20,139 nt of DNA from Polyangiales bacterium (GCA_044229975.1 JBGARZ010000009.1:411947-432085), one strand, 5' to 3'. Positions 7,447 through 15,038 are shown, counted from the first letter of the stretch. Notes: generated by a model from the sequence alone, not told the origin. Translations and numbers: made by a program.

Positions 7447-8682
7447 GCGCGCGAGCAGGCTGCGCGCGATCTGCGACACCTGGATCTCGTCGGTGCCGCC
7501 GTAGATCTGGAGCACCTTGGCGTCGCGGCAGAGCTGCTCGACCTGATACTCGGCCATGTAGCCGTTGCCGCCGAAGAGCTGCACCGCCTCCAGGCAGACG
7601 TCCATGGTGGCCTGCGCCGTGTAGAGCTTGCACGCCGACGCCTCGGCCATGCTCATGGACTTCCCCGCCGCCGCCATCTCGATCTGGCGGAAGACGAGGT
7701 TGGTGATGTTCATGCGCGCGACCTCCATCTTCGCGAGCTTCAACTGGATGAGCTGAAACTCCCCGATGGGCTTGCCGAACTGCACCCGCGTCTTCGCGTA
7801 CTCCGTCGACAGCGCGAGGCACTGCTCGACGATGCCCAATGCCATTGCGGCCACGCCCGTTCGCTCCGACGCGAAGGTCTCCTTGGCCGCCGCGCGCGAC
7901 GGCGTGTCCTCGGTCTCGCCGATGAGGCGATCGACCCCCACGCGAACGTCTTCGAGGAAGAGCTCGCCCGTCGGTGAGCTGTGCATGCCCATCTTGCGAA
8001 GGGGCTTGCTCTGCACGAGGCCGGGCATGCCCTTCTCCAGCACGAAGCTCACGATCTTGCGCCGCTCGGGCGGGGTCTCCCCGTCGTCGAGCTTGCAGAT
8101 GAACACGATGGTGTCGGCGTACGGACCGTTGGTGATGAAGGTCTTGCTGCCGTTGAGGATGTAGCCGCCCTCACCATCGCGGCGCGCCGTGGACTTCATC
8201 CCGCCAAACGCGTCGGAGCCAGAGCCGGGTTCGGTGATGGCCCACGCCCCGATCTTGTCGAGGGTGAGCAGGTCGCGCGCCCAGCGCTCCTTCTGGCGGA
8301 TGGTTCCGCGGGACATGATGGCGGCGGCGGTGAGGCCGAGGCTCACGCCCATCGCGGTGATCATCCCGGGGCTGTACTTCGAGATCTCGATGACGGGGAT
8401 GAGCCGCAGACCGAGGTCCATTCCGCGGGGGGCGCGCTCCCTGGTGTCGTCGTCGGTGGGGGCGGCGCCGCTCTCGGCCTTCGCCTTCTCGCGAGCGATC
8501 TGCGCCTCGAACTGCCCGATGGCCATGTCGCGCACCCCAAACGATTCGAGGAACTTCCTCAGGATGTCGTACGGGAGCATGTCGCCGTGCTCCAGCGCTT
8601 CGAGGTTGGGCTTGATCTCGGCCTCCACGAAGCGACGGACGGCGTCACGGATGGCCTGATGGGTCTCGTTCCATTCGAACAT
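7444..8682 (-). CDS. Acyl-CoA dehydrogenase (412 aa).
   Basis: Start ATG at 8682-8680 (MFEWNETHQAIRDAVRRFVEAEI) with 'GGAGGA' 8 nt upstream. Canonical ACAD blocks 'GAWAITEPGSGSDA', 'YILNGSKTFITNG', 'QLFGGNGY' and 'YGGTDEIQ'. The upstream 390 codons of supplied ORF 7444..9852 are Arg/His-rich junk. Confidence 0.85.
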   Translation of the reverse strand: MFEWNETHQAIRDAVRRFVEAEIKPNLEALEHGDMLPYDILRKFLESFGVRDMAIGQFEAQIAREKAKAESGAAPTDDDTRERAPRGMDLGLRLIPVIEISKYSPGMITAMGVSLGLTAAAIMSRGTIRQKERWARDLLTLDKIGAWAITEPGSGSDAFGGMKSTARRDGEGGYILNGSKTFITNGPYADTIVFICKLDDGETPPERRKIVSFVLEKGMPGLVQSKPLRKMGMHSSPTGELFLEDVRVGVDRLIGETEDTPSRAAAKETFASERTGVAAMALGIVEQCLALSTEYAKTRVQFGKPIGEFQLIQLKLAKMEVARMNITNLVFRQIEMAAAGKSMSMAEASACKLYTAQATMDVCLEAVQLFGGNGYMAEYQVEQLCRDAKVLQIYGGTDEIQVSQIARSLLAR

Positions 8683-8755
8683 GGCGATGGGTCCTCCGCG
8701 ACGAACGATACAGGACTCCGTGAGCCCGCGAGGGCGACGCCCATTGCATCGCCTT

Positions 8756-8784
8756 CGTTGACAATACCGTCCATGACATACCGA
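8756..8784 (+). promoter_or_regulatory. Candidate sigma70-type promoter. A perfect TTGACA -35 hexamer sits at 8756-8761, with a weak -10 (ACCGAT/CCGATT) 16-17 bp downstream.
   Basis: Lies in the 132-bp divergent intergenic region between the dehydrogenase (start 8682, minus) and the lipoprotein gene (start 8815, plus). The -10 is poor. Confidence 0.2.
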
Positions 8785-8814
8785 TTCTGTTGAGCATCGG
8801 GCGGCGGTACAACG

Positions 8815-9741
8815 GTGCTCATGAACACCTCGTCGTCGCGTCGTGGCCTCTCGCTGGTGATGTTCGCGCTGCTCGCGACGGGTTGCGGGGCGTCGGTGTC
8901 GTCGGCGCCGGTGACGGTGGAGAGCGACGCCGGGAGCGTGGTGACGGACGCGCCGACGCCGGTCGCGCCGATGACGTGGCCGAGCTGTGCCGAGGTGCGG
9001 GCGACGTGCGGGGCCGAGCCGCAGCGCCTGGTGCGCGGACACGCCGAGGGGCTGACGGGGCTCGACGGCGCGCGGGTGCGCTTCGCGATGCGGTACATCC
9101 GCGAGGAGGGCAACGGGCTCAACGTTCCGCACGGCGTGGTGGTGGCGGGGGCCGAGGTGCGCGACGGGGCCTTCGAGGCGTGCGTGTGCATGCCGATGGG
9201 CGGCAACAACTACCCGCAGGTGGTGGCGGTGGTGTTTGCGCCGGGGACGACGGGGGAGACGAGCCGCGAGGTGGCGCGGGCGACGTTCAGCCAGCGCTAC
9301 GCGACGCTGGGCAGCGAGAACCTGTCGTACGCATTGAGCGGGGTGGCGTCGGCGCCGGTGGTGGAGGCATCGCTCGCGGGGCTGGTCGAGCGCGCGCACA
9401 CGGTGCGGGTGCGCGGCGTGGAGACGGCGGCGGCGATGGAGGGAAGGGTCTACGCGGGTCTGGTGGCCGACGAGCGGCCCGTGGCGGCGCAGGTGGTGAC
9501 GGGCGGCGCCGTCGAGGGCGGCGCGCTGGGCTTCGAGTGGATCATGCCGGGGCGCGAGTGGCCGAGCGAGCGCGTGGCGATGGTGGTCGACCGCAACGGC
9601 AACCGACGGTGTGACGAAGGGGACGTCGGCGCGACGGTGCGGCTCGATGGGCGGCGCGAGGTGGATGGCGTCGCGTGGGTGCAGGGCGACGCGCTGGCGG
9701 GCGTGTGCGCGGCGCTGCGGATGGAGTCGGAGCGGGAGTAG
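8815..9741 (+). CDS. Hypothetical lipoprotein (about 308 aa).
   Basis: GTG at 8815 or ATG at 8821. Signal peptide 'MNTSSSRRGLSLVMFALLATGC' with lipobox ATGC. No recognisable catalytic motif. Confidence 0.55.
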   Translation: MLMNTSSSRRGLSLVMFALLATGCGASVSSAPVTVESDAGSVVTDAPTPVAPMTWPSCAEVRATCGAEPQRLVRGHAEGLTGLDGARVRFAMRYIREEGNGLNVPHGVVVAGAEVRDGAFEACVCMPMGGNNYPQVVAVVFAPGTTGETSREVARATFSQRYATLGSENLSYALSGVASAPVVEASLAGLVERAHTVRVRGVETAAAMEGRVYAGLVADERPVAAQVVTGGAVEGGALGFEWIMPGREWPSERVAMVVDRNGNRRCDEGDVGATVRLDGRREVDGVAWVQGDALAGVCAALRMESERE

Positions 9742-9764
9742 CGGCGGGGTCGTTGCGCCCGGCT

Positions 9765-9887
9765 GCCGCGCACTGAAGTACGCGGCAACGTTGCGGACAT
9801 CGAGCATGGCACTGCAAGTCCGCTCTGCGGACTTTGCATGGAATTGCGTCATCCCTTCCGGCGTTGCCGCGTACTTCAGTGCGCGGC
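9765..9887. repeat. MITE-like element with perfect 26-bp terminal inverted repeats (gccgcgcactgaagtacgcggcaacg) flanking a 71-bp core that carries its own internal hairpin (gcaagtccgc-tct-gcggacttTgc).
   Basis: Arms at 9765-9790 and 9862-9887 are exact reverse complements. It lies between the convergent lipoprotein and kinase genes. Confidence 0.6.
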
Positions 9888-9931
9888 GACGAGCGCGACG
9901 GCACCCGAAAGAGTGGACGAATCAGGAGTCT

Positions 9932-11335
9932 CTACTCGACCGGGACGTGCTCGTGGGCCTGCGGGCGGACGGTGACCGCGGGCCGCGGCAACGGGCGCAA
10001 CACACGCGGCGCAACCCTCACCGGCGGACCTGCATCGACCACGAGCGCCTGCGTCGGGACCGCCACCGGAGGCGGTGACACGACGGGCGGAGGCGGAGGC
10101 GGCGGCGTCACCACCAGCGTCGGTGGCGGCGGCAGTGGCGCGTGGGCGGGCGCAGGCGCGGGGCTCGACGAGCCGACGAGGTACAGCGCCGTGAACGACA
10201 GGCCCGCGGTGGCGAGTGCCGCGGCGACGAGCAGCGGGGCGCGAGAGGGGCGCGGCGCGACGGACTGGGTGATGGGCTTGAGGGTGGTGGTGCGGTCGGG
10301 GGGCGGGCGCGGTCCGAGGACGGGCGCGGTGGTGAGGGCGTCCCAGCTCGCGGTGGCGGGGACGGCGGCGTCGAGGGCGCGGAGGAGGTCGCGCGCGTGC
10401 TGGAAGCGATCGGCCGGGCGCAGCGCGAGGGCGCGGGCGAGGACGGGCTCCCAGGGGCCGACGTCGAGGCCGAACTTCGCCGGGGTGGGGCGCGTGGCGG
10501 AGAGGACGTCGACGGTGAGGGCGGTGTTGTCGTCGCCGCGGAAGGGCGGGCCGTCGGTGAGCACCTCGACGAGGAGGAGCGCGAGGGCGTGGACGTCGGT
10601 CCAGGGGCCGGAGCGGGTCCCGCCGATCTGCTCGGGGGAGGCGTACGCGAGGGTGAAGGCGCGGAGGTCGGTGCGGGTGGCGGTCTCGCCGGAGGCGACG
10701 GTCTCGTCGAGGTCCATGGCCTTGGCGATGCCGAAGTCGAGGAGCTTCGGGGTGACGCCGTCGCGGGAGCGGGCGAGCATGACGTTGGCGGGCTTGAGGT
10801 CGCGGTGGGCGACGCCCTCGTCGTGCGCGATGGCGAGCGCCTCGAAGACCGGGCGCAGGAGCGCGAGGGCCTCAGCGGGAGGGCGGCCGGTGCGGTCGCG
10901 GCGGGCGTCGAGGATGGATTCGAGGGAGTCACCGTCGATCCATTCGAGGACGATCCAGGGGGCGGCGCCGCCTGATGGGAGGAGGCCGCCGCCGAAGTCG
11001 AGGACGCGGACGATGCCGGGGTGTTCGAGGCGGGCGATGGTGCGCGCCTCGAAGACGAACTTGTCGATGAACGACCGGCGGTGCGACTCCGGGATGGTCG
11101 ACGGGGTCTTGAGCACCTTGATGGCGACAGGCTTCTGGAGGGAGCGGTGGGTGGCCCGGTAGACGACGCCGAAGCCGCCCTCGGCGATGAGGGAGTGGAC
11201 GTCGTATTTGCCGTCGAGGCGGGTTCCCAGGAGGGAGAAGGGGTCGGTGGGGGCGGCGGGGGGCACGGCGGGGGTTAGTTGAATTGTTCGATGACGAAAG
11301 GGTTTGATACCGTTCCTGTGATCGGCCCAACACAA
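9932..11335 (-). CDS. Serine/threonine protein kinase (Hanks type). It has a C-terminal transmembrane segment and a proline-rich periplasmic tail.
   Basis: Motifs 'GGFGVVY', 'AIKVL', 'HRDLKPANVM', 'DFGIAK' and 'ASPEQ'. Transmembrane segment 'LLVAAALATAGLSFTALYLVG'. Poly-Pro tail. The supplied start is a TTG at 11335 that overlaps the upstream gene. A GTG at 11266-11264 (MPPAAPTDPFSLLG...) lies 9 nt after the upstream stop and is the more likely start. Confidence 0.85.
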   Translation of the reverse strand: MCWADHRNGIKPFRHRTIQLTPAVPPAAPTDPFSLLGTRLDGKYDVHSLIAEGGFGVVYRATHRSLQKPVAIKVLKTPSTIPESHRRSFIDKFVFEARTIARLEHPGIVRVLDFGGGLLPSGGAAPWIVLEWIDGDSLESILDARRDRTGRPPAEALALLRPVFEALAIAHDEGVAHRDLKPANVMLARSRDGVTPKLLDFGIAKAMDLDETVASGETATRTDLRAFTLAYASPEQIGGTRSGPWTDVHALALLLVEVLTDGPPFRGDDNTALTVDVLSATRPTPAKFGLDVGPWEPVLARALALRPADRFQHARDLLRALDAAVPATASWDALTTAPVLGPRPPPDRTTTLKPITQSVAPRPSRAPLLVAAALATAGLSFTALYLVGSSSPAPAPAHAPLPPPPTLVVTPPPPPPPVVSPPPVAVPTQALVVDAGPPVRVAPRVLRPLPRPAVTVRPQAHEHVPVE

Positions 11336-12138
11336 GGCGGATAGCGCGCGTCGGGAGCAACGATTTCCAATCTCAGCGAGTAACTACGTCCCGCGTCGAG
11401 TCGGTATAGTTCGTGACCGGTGATGTTTAGTGGTGTCCCCATAGGCGGCTCCGATACGAGGCGGACCGTGTAAGAGTTTCCATGGGTGTCGTTCGCGGCT
11501 ACGCTACTAAGGGGTACCGATGTAACCTCATAGTAGGCTGAGGCCGATGCCGTAAAGGCGATGCTGAACTGCGGCCCCATCAGCGGAATCGCCAAAACGG
11601 AAGGAGATGAGGGACATGGAACACTGATGCTATCTACTGTGGGACTCGTCGGCCTCCAACTCCCAATCACCACCTGCCTTCCCGCTGGTCGCGCTTCTAC
11701 CGCCGCAATCCTCGCCTCCAGCGCACCCGCGGCGGCCGTCGCCCGCCCGGCCTCCAACGCATACGGCACGGCGCCCAGCTTCGACCGCGGGAACGTCGTC
11801 CCCTCCACCTGCACCTCGGCCCACAGCTCCGGGTTCGCCCGCACCGCGCCGACACACGCCGCATCCAGCGCCACCCGGAATCGCCCGCCCGTGAACGTCG
11901 TCCCCACCGCGGTCGTCGAGCACACCGTCGCGCCCGCCGTGGCAGCGTCCCACAGCCGCACCGTGACGTTGCGCGCGCCTTCCACCGGGCGCCCGCCGTC
12001 ATTGAGCACACCGCCGTAGTACAGCGGGTTCACCGCCGGGACGCCGTCCGCTCGCGCTCGCCCGACGCGATAGGCGACAACGCCCACGACGAGACAAGCG
12101 CCAACGCTCCACACCAGGAGGGAGGAGGGTCTCTTCAT
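11275..12138 (-). CDS. Signal-anchored (N-terminal transmembrane) protein, paralogue A. It has a conserved N-terminal beta-rich domain ('VRLWDAATAG...GRFRVALD...ELWAEVQVEGTTFPRSKLGAVPYALEA') and a variable C-terminal domain.
   Basis: ATG at 12138-12136 with GGAG 9 nt upstream. The remainder of supplied ORF 11275..12423 lies inside the palindromic repeat and is not coding. Transmembrane helix 'LLVWSVGACLVVGVVAY'. About 90% identical over residues 20-150 to the gene at 12809..13675. Confidence 0.7.
   Translation of the reverse strand: MKRPSSLLVWSVGACLVVGVVAYRVGRARADGVPAVNPLYYGGVLNDGGRPVEGARNVTVRLWDAATAGATVCSTTAVGTTFTGGRFRVALDAACVGAVRANPELWAEVQVEGTTFPRSKLGAVPYALEAGRATAAAGALEARIAAVEARPAGRQVVIGSWRPTSPTVDSISVPCPSSPSVLAIPLMGPQFSIAFTASASAYYEVTSVPLSSVAANDTHGNSYTVRLVSEPPMGTPLNITGHELYRLDAGRSYSLRLEIVAPDARYPPCVGPITGTVSNPFVIEQFN
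11651..12050. repeat. Copy 1 of a ~400-bp direct nucleotide repeat (about 90% identity with 13179-13580). It covers the 5' coding part of paralogue A.
   Basis: Aligned by eye. Identity begins exactly at 'ggcctccaactcccaatcac', which encodes VIGSWRP, and runs toward the gene start. Confidence 0.7.
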
Positions 12139-12171
12139 ACGATAGGACTCCAGGTGGGCCTGACTTGAGGC

Positions 12172-12440
12172 GATGGGGAGTGGTTCAGGCCAGTGTGCGT
12201 CGCTGGGGTTCGGGCGCTGGCCCTCACCCCAGGCAATAACAAGCAGGCGCCCCGGACAGGGTCCGGGGCTTTCGACCAGGAACTCGTTGAAGCCAATGAC
12301 ACCATGCGAGATCCGCGTCGTAAGACCCATCGAGTGTCGGTTCGAAAGCCCCGGACCAGTCCGGGGCGCCCGCTTGTTATTGCCTGGGGTGAGGGCCAAC
12401 GCCCGAACCCCAGCGACGCACACTGGCCTGAACCACCATC
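12172..12440. repeat. Large composite palindrome. Arms of ~100 bp (about 96% identity) flank a ~65-bp centre. Each arm ends in an 8-bp GC hairpin (ccccggac-agg-gtccgggg) followed by CTTTCGA.
   Basis: Left arm 12172-12275 and right arm 12341-12440 are reverse complements with 3-4 mismatches. The palindrome also appears as mirrored 'proteins' in supplied ORFs 12173..12709(+), 12193..12666(+) and 12135..12875(-). Confidence 0.6.
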
Positions 12441-12491
12441 AAGCGACGTCCCGACCTCGCGCATCCCGTCGACGAGCATCCACTCACGCTC

Positions 12492-12718
12492 GCCCAATGC
12501 GTCCTTACCCGAGGGGGCGCTCCCGCCCAGGCCCTCCCAGCGCGTCCTTACCCGAAGGGACGCGACCGCCCACGTCAGCGGTATCCGGTCTCCGTCGGGA
12601 AGCTCGACGCGCGCCGGATCGGACCTCCGCGAACGCGAACGTAGGTGGTCGCGTCCCTTCGGGTAAGGACGCGTTGGGAGGGCCTGAGTGCGAGCACCCC
12701 TTCGGGTGAGGGCGCATT
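12492..12718. repeat. Second nested palindrome, a REP/BIME-like cluster. Four copies of a ~24-nt hairpin unit (cgcgtccttacccgaagggacgcg and variants) are arranged as two inverted pairs.
   Basis: 12539-12572 is the reverse complement of 12643-12678 (2 mismatches). 12492-12522 is roughly the reverse complement of 12688-12718. Each unit contains a cUUCGg or GAA-loop hairpin. Confidence 0.5.
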
Positions 12719-12808
12719 GGGACAGCCCGGGTGAATGGGCTGTTGAACGGAGACGCGGAGCCGATGCGCTCAAATGGTCAACCCGCAAGAGGCAGTCGTG
12801 AGCATCCA

Positions 12809-13675
12809 TCACTCCAACTGCTCCGCCATCATGGGCCTTCGCGCGAAGAACTCCGTAGCCGGACTCGTTCGACATGCCACGTCCGCACGCATCTCTACGA
12901 AGAACGAGTATTCTCTTCCAGTTTCAAGACGAAAGACGGCTTCAAGTCGATCTCCGATCTCACTCCTATCAAACACCAAAGCAGCAGGAACACTCGAAGC
13001 CAGCCGCGTAAACCCAAGCGCAACCGTATTTTCTGCCGGTGCCGATACCCGATACAATCCGGCCGATGATGCAGTGAAGGTCAACGAGAACGGTTCACCC
13101 CCGATCCTCACATACGAGGTCGCGGGAGGCGGCGTCGTTGGACAGATAACGGGGAAGGTAACTGCTGTCGGCGTAGCCGGCCTCCAACTCCCAATCACGA
13201 CTTGTCTCGTCGCAGTTCTCCCCTCCACCGCCGCAATCCTCGCCTCCAGCGCCCCAGTCGCACCCGCCGCGCTCACCGCCCTCCCGGCCTCCAACGCATA
13301 CGGCACCGCGCCCAGCTTCGACCGCGGGAACGTCGTCCCCTCCACCTGCACCTCGGCCCACAGCTCCGGGTTCGCCCGCACCGCACCGACGCACGCCGCG
13401 TCCAGCGCCACCCGGAAGCGCCCGCCCGTGAACGCCGTCCCCGCCGCGCTCGTCGTGCACACCGCCGCGCCCGCCGTCGCCGCATCCCACAGCCGCACCG
13501 TCACGGCCCGCACGCCCTCCACCGGGCGCCCGCCGTCACTCAACACACCGCCGTAGTACAGCGGGTTCATCGCCGGAACACCGTCCGCCCGCGCCTTCCC
13601 CAGCCGATACGCCGCGACCATGCCCACAACGGACAACGCCGCGGCGCCCAGCACCACGCCCCGCCGCGCCTTCAC
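12809..13675 (-). CDS. Signal-anchored protein, paralogue B. It has the same conserved N-terminal domain as 11275..12138 and a diverged but homologous C-terminal domain.
   Basis: GTG start at 13675-13673 (MKARRGVVLGAAALSVVGMVAAY...) overlaps the TGA of the upstream gene as GTGA. An ATG at 13714 is an alternative. Transmembrane helix present. 'AVPYALEA' block. Confidence 0.7.
   Translation of the reverse strand: MKARRGVVLGAAALSVVGMVAAYRLGKARADGVPAMNPLYYGGVLSDGGRPVEGVRAVTVRLWDAATAGAAVCTTSAAGTAFTGGRFRVALDAACVGAVRANPELWAEVQVEGTTFPRSKLGAVPYALEAGRAVSAAGATGALEARIAAVEGRTATRQVVIGSWRPATPTAVTFPVICPTTPPPATSYVRIGGEPFSLTFTASSAGLYRVSAPAENTVALGFTRLASSVPAALVFDRSEIGDRLEAVFRLETGREYSFFVEMRADVACRTSPATEFFARRPMMAEQLE
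13179..13580. repeat. Copy 2 of the ~400-bp direct repeat, covering the 5' coding part of paralogue B.
   Basis: See copy 1. It is also the source of the mirrored antisense ORFs 11561..12019(+) and 12774..13556(+). Confidence 0.7.
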
Positions 13676-14028
13676 GGCAACAACCCTCCCGTCAAACACA
13701 GCGTCCCCACGCATCCCGGTGCGCCCACCTCGAAGCCCGTCTCGCTCAGCTCCAGCGTCCCCATCGTGACGCTCCCGCCGCTCGTCGTCGCGATCCCCTG
13801 CGCCTGCATCACCAGCCCCGTCGCGCCTCCACCGTCGTCCGGCGTCCCCGCGTCACCCGTCACGTCACCCGTCGCATCCCCCATCACCCCGCGATCGCCC
13901 AACGCGCCATCAACCATCGCCGCCCCGACGTCCATCACCGCCGCGTCGCGCCTCGGTCGGTACACCCACTCCTCATCGGAGCACCCCGCCACCAGCACCG
14001 CGGCCACCGCCCACCGCGCCGCCTTCAC
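13672..14028 (-). CDS. Small Gly/Asp-rich lipoprotein (about 118 aa).
   Basis: GTG at 14028-14026 overlaps the upstream TGA as GTGA. Signal peptide 'KAARWAVAAVLVAGC' with lipobox LVAGC. Its stop overlaps the next start as GTGA again. Confidence 0.5.
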   Translation of the reverse strand: MKAARWAVAAVLVAGCSDEEWVYRPRRDAAVMDVGAAMVDGALGDRGVMGDATGDVTGDAGTPDDGGGATGLVMQAQGIATTSGGSVTMGTLELSETGFEVGAPGCVGTLCLTGGLLP

Positions 14029-15038
14029 AGCACGCCACCCACCGCGAGCCCGTTGCCCGTCGGAACCACCCACGTCGTCGGTCGCCCCTCCGCCGCGCTC
14101 CCCCCGCTCGCCCGCGCCACCAGAAACCACACCACCCCGCCCGCCACCATCGCGCTGCCGACCCCGATGGCCACGTTGGTCCCCGTCGTGAACCCGCGCA
14201 TCCGCTCGTCCGCGTCGATGGACGACGCGTCACACCCACCCGCGTCGCACGCCCCGTCGCGCTCGCTCATCGCGCCGCCGTGCATCCCCCACAGCACGCC
14301 CGCACCCACGAAGGCCGCCGCCCCGACGCCCGCCAACACCCACGGCCCGGCGCCCACCCCGCGACGCACCGGCCCCTCCGCCGGCGCCACCGCCCTCGGC
14401 GCTTCCACCACGGTCCGCGGCGCCGGTCGCACCACCGCATCCGCGGCTCTCGGCGCGTCAAGCGCGACCTCGGCGCTCGCTCCCGCGGTCACCGTCACCG
14501 TCACCGTCTGCGCGTGATGGAGCGCCTCGTCGCTCACGCGCACCGTCACCTCGCCCGGATCAACCGGCACCGCCACGCCCCACGCCGCCGCGGGCAGCTC
14601 GCGACCGCCGACGGTTACCGCCGCGTTCGTGAGCCCGGCCGGAACGCGCACCGTCAGCCGCCCGACCCGCCCCGAGAGAGCCCCCGTGAGCTCGCGACAG
14701 ATGCCGAGGATGCGATCGCGGTTGCGCAGGGCCGCGTCGGCGGTGGCGTCGGCGGTGCAGCGTCGCGCGTGATCGAGCGCCGTGACGAAGTGCCCGAGCT
14801 GCTCATGTTCCTGCGCGAGCAGGAGCGCCAGCGACGGCGTCATCCGCAGGGCCGCCGCGCGACCGGCGAGCTCCGCGGCCTGCGCGTGGTCGCCCGCCTC
14901 ACGGGCGCGCTCGGCCTGCGCGACGAGGTCACGCCGTAGCGCGTCGGTGTCGGTCTGCGCGAGCGCCGTCGAGGTGGTCGTGAGCAGCGCGACCGCACAC
15001 ATGACCGAGCGCGCCCACCGTCCGATCGTCCCGCTCAT
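14025..15038 (-). CDS. Secreted, membrane-anchored hypothetical protein. It has a signal peptide, a helical (TPR-like) N-terminal region, a beta-rich PEGA-like middle, and two C-terminal transmembrane helices.
   Basis: ATG at 15038. Signal peptide 'MSGTIGRWARSVMCAVALLTTTSTALAQ'. Segment 'LTVRVPAGLTNAAVTVGGRELP...GEVTVRV' resembles a PEGA-type beta-sandwich. Hydrophobic segments 'GPWVLAGVGAAAFVGAGVLWGM' and 'VAIGVGSAMVAGGVVWFLVA'. Confidence 0.55.
   Translation of the reverse strand: MSGTIGRWARSVMCAVALLTTTSTALAQTDTDALRRDLVAQAERAREAGDHAQAAELAGRAAALRMTPSLALLLAQEHEQLGHFVTALDHARRCTADATADAALRNRDRILGICRELTGALSGRVGRLTVRVPAGLTNAAVTVGGRELPAAAWGVAVPVDPGEVTVRVSDEALHHAQTVTVTVTAGASAEVALDAPRAADAVVRPAPRTVVEAPRAVAPAEGPVRRGVGAGPWVLAGVGAAAFVGAGVLWGMHGGAMSERDGACDAGGCDASSIDADERMRGFTTGTNVAIGVGSAMVAGGVVWFLVARASGGSAAEGRPTTWVVPTGNGLAVGGVL

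Noticed and set aside
7444-9852. The N-terminal 390 codons of the 802-aa ORF that contains the acyl-CoA dehydrogenase.
   Set aside because: The dehydrogenase starts at an internal ATG (8682) with a strong GGAGGA site. The upstream extension is His/Arg-rich junk antisense to the lipoprotein gene region.
9834-11162. ORFs 9834..11162(+), 10108..10932(-) and 10142..10975(+) inside the kinase gene.
   Set aside because: These are wrong-frame or antisense readings of the kinase, and in particular of its poly-Pro/poly-Gly coding tract.
12135-12875. Mirror-image ORFs 12173..12709(+), 12193..12666(+) and 12135..12875(-) that encode near-identical peptides on both strands.
   Set aside because: This is an artefact of the large palindromes. 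The same sequence reads identically on both strands, and no protein-like composition is present.
11561-13556. Plus-strand ORFs 11561..12019 and 12774..13556, which look like a conserved paralogous pair.
   Set aside because: They are the antisense shadow of the two minus-strand paralogues. Their similarity simply reflects the 400-bp nucleotide repeat, and their products are Ala/Ser/Pro low-complexity.
11651-13580. Diversity-generating retroelement (template/variable repeat) explanation for the two near-identical 400-bp blocks.
   Set aside because: The repeat covers the 5' (N-terminal) end rather than a C-terminal variable region. The mismatches are not adenine-specific. No reverse transcriptase is present in the window.
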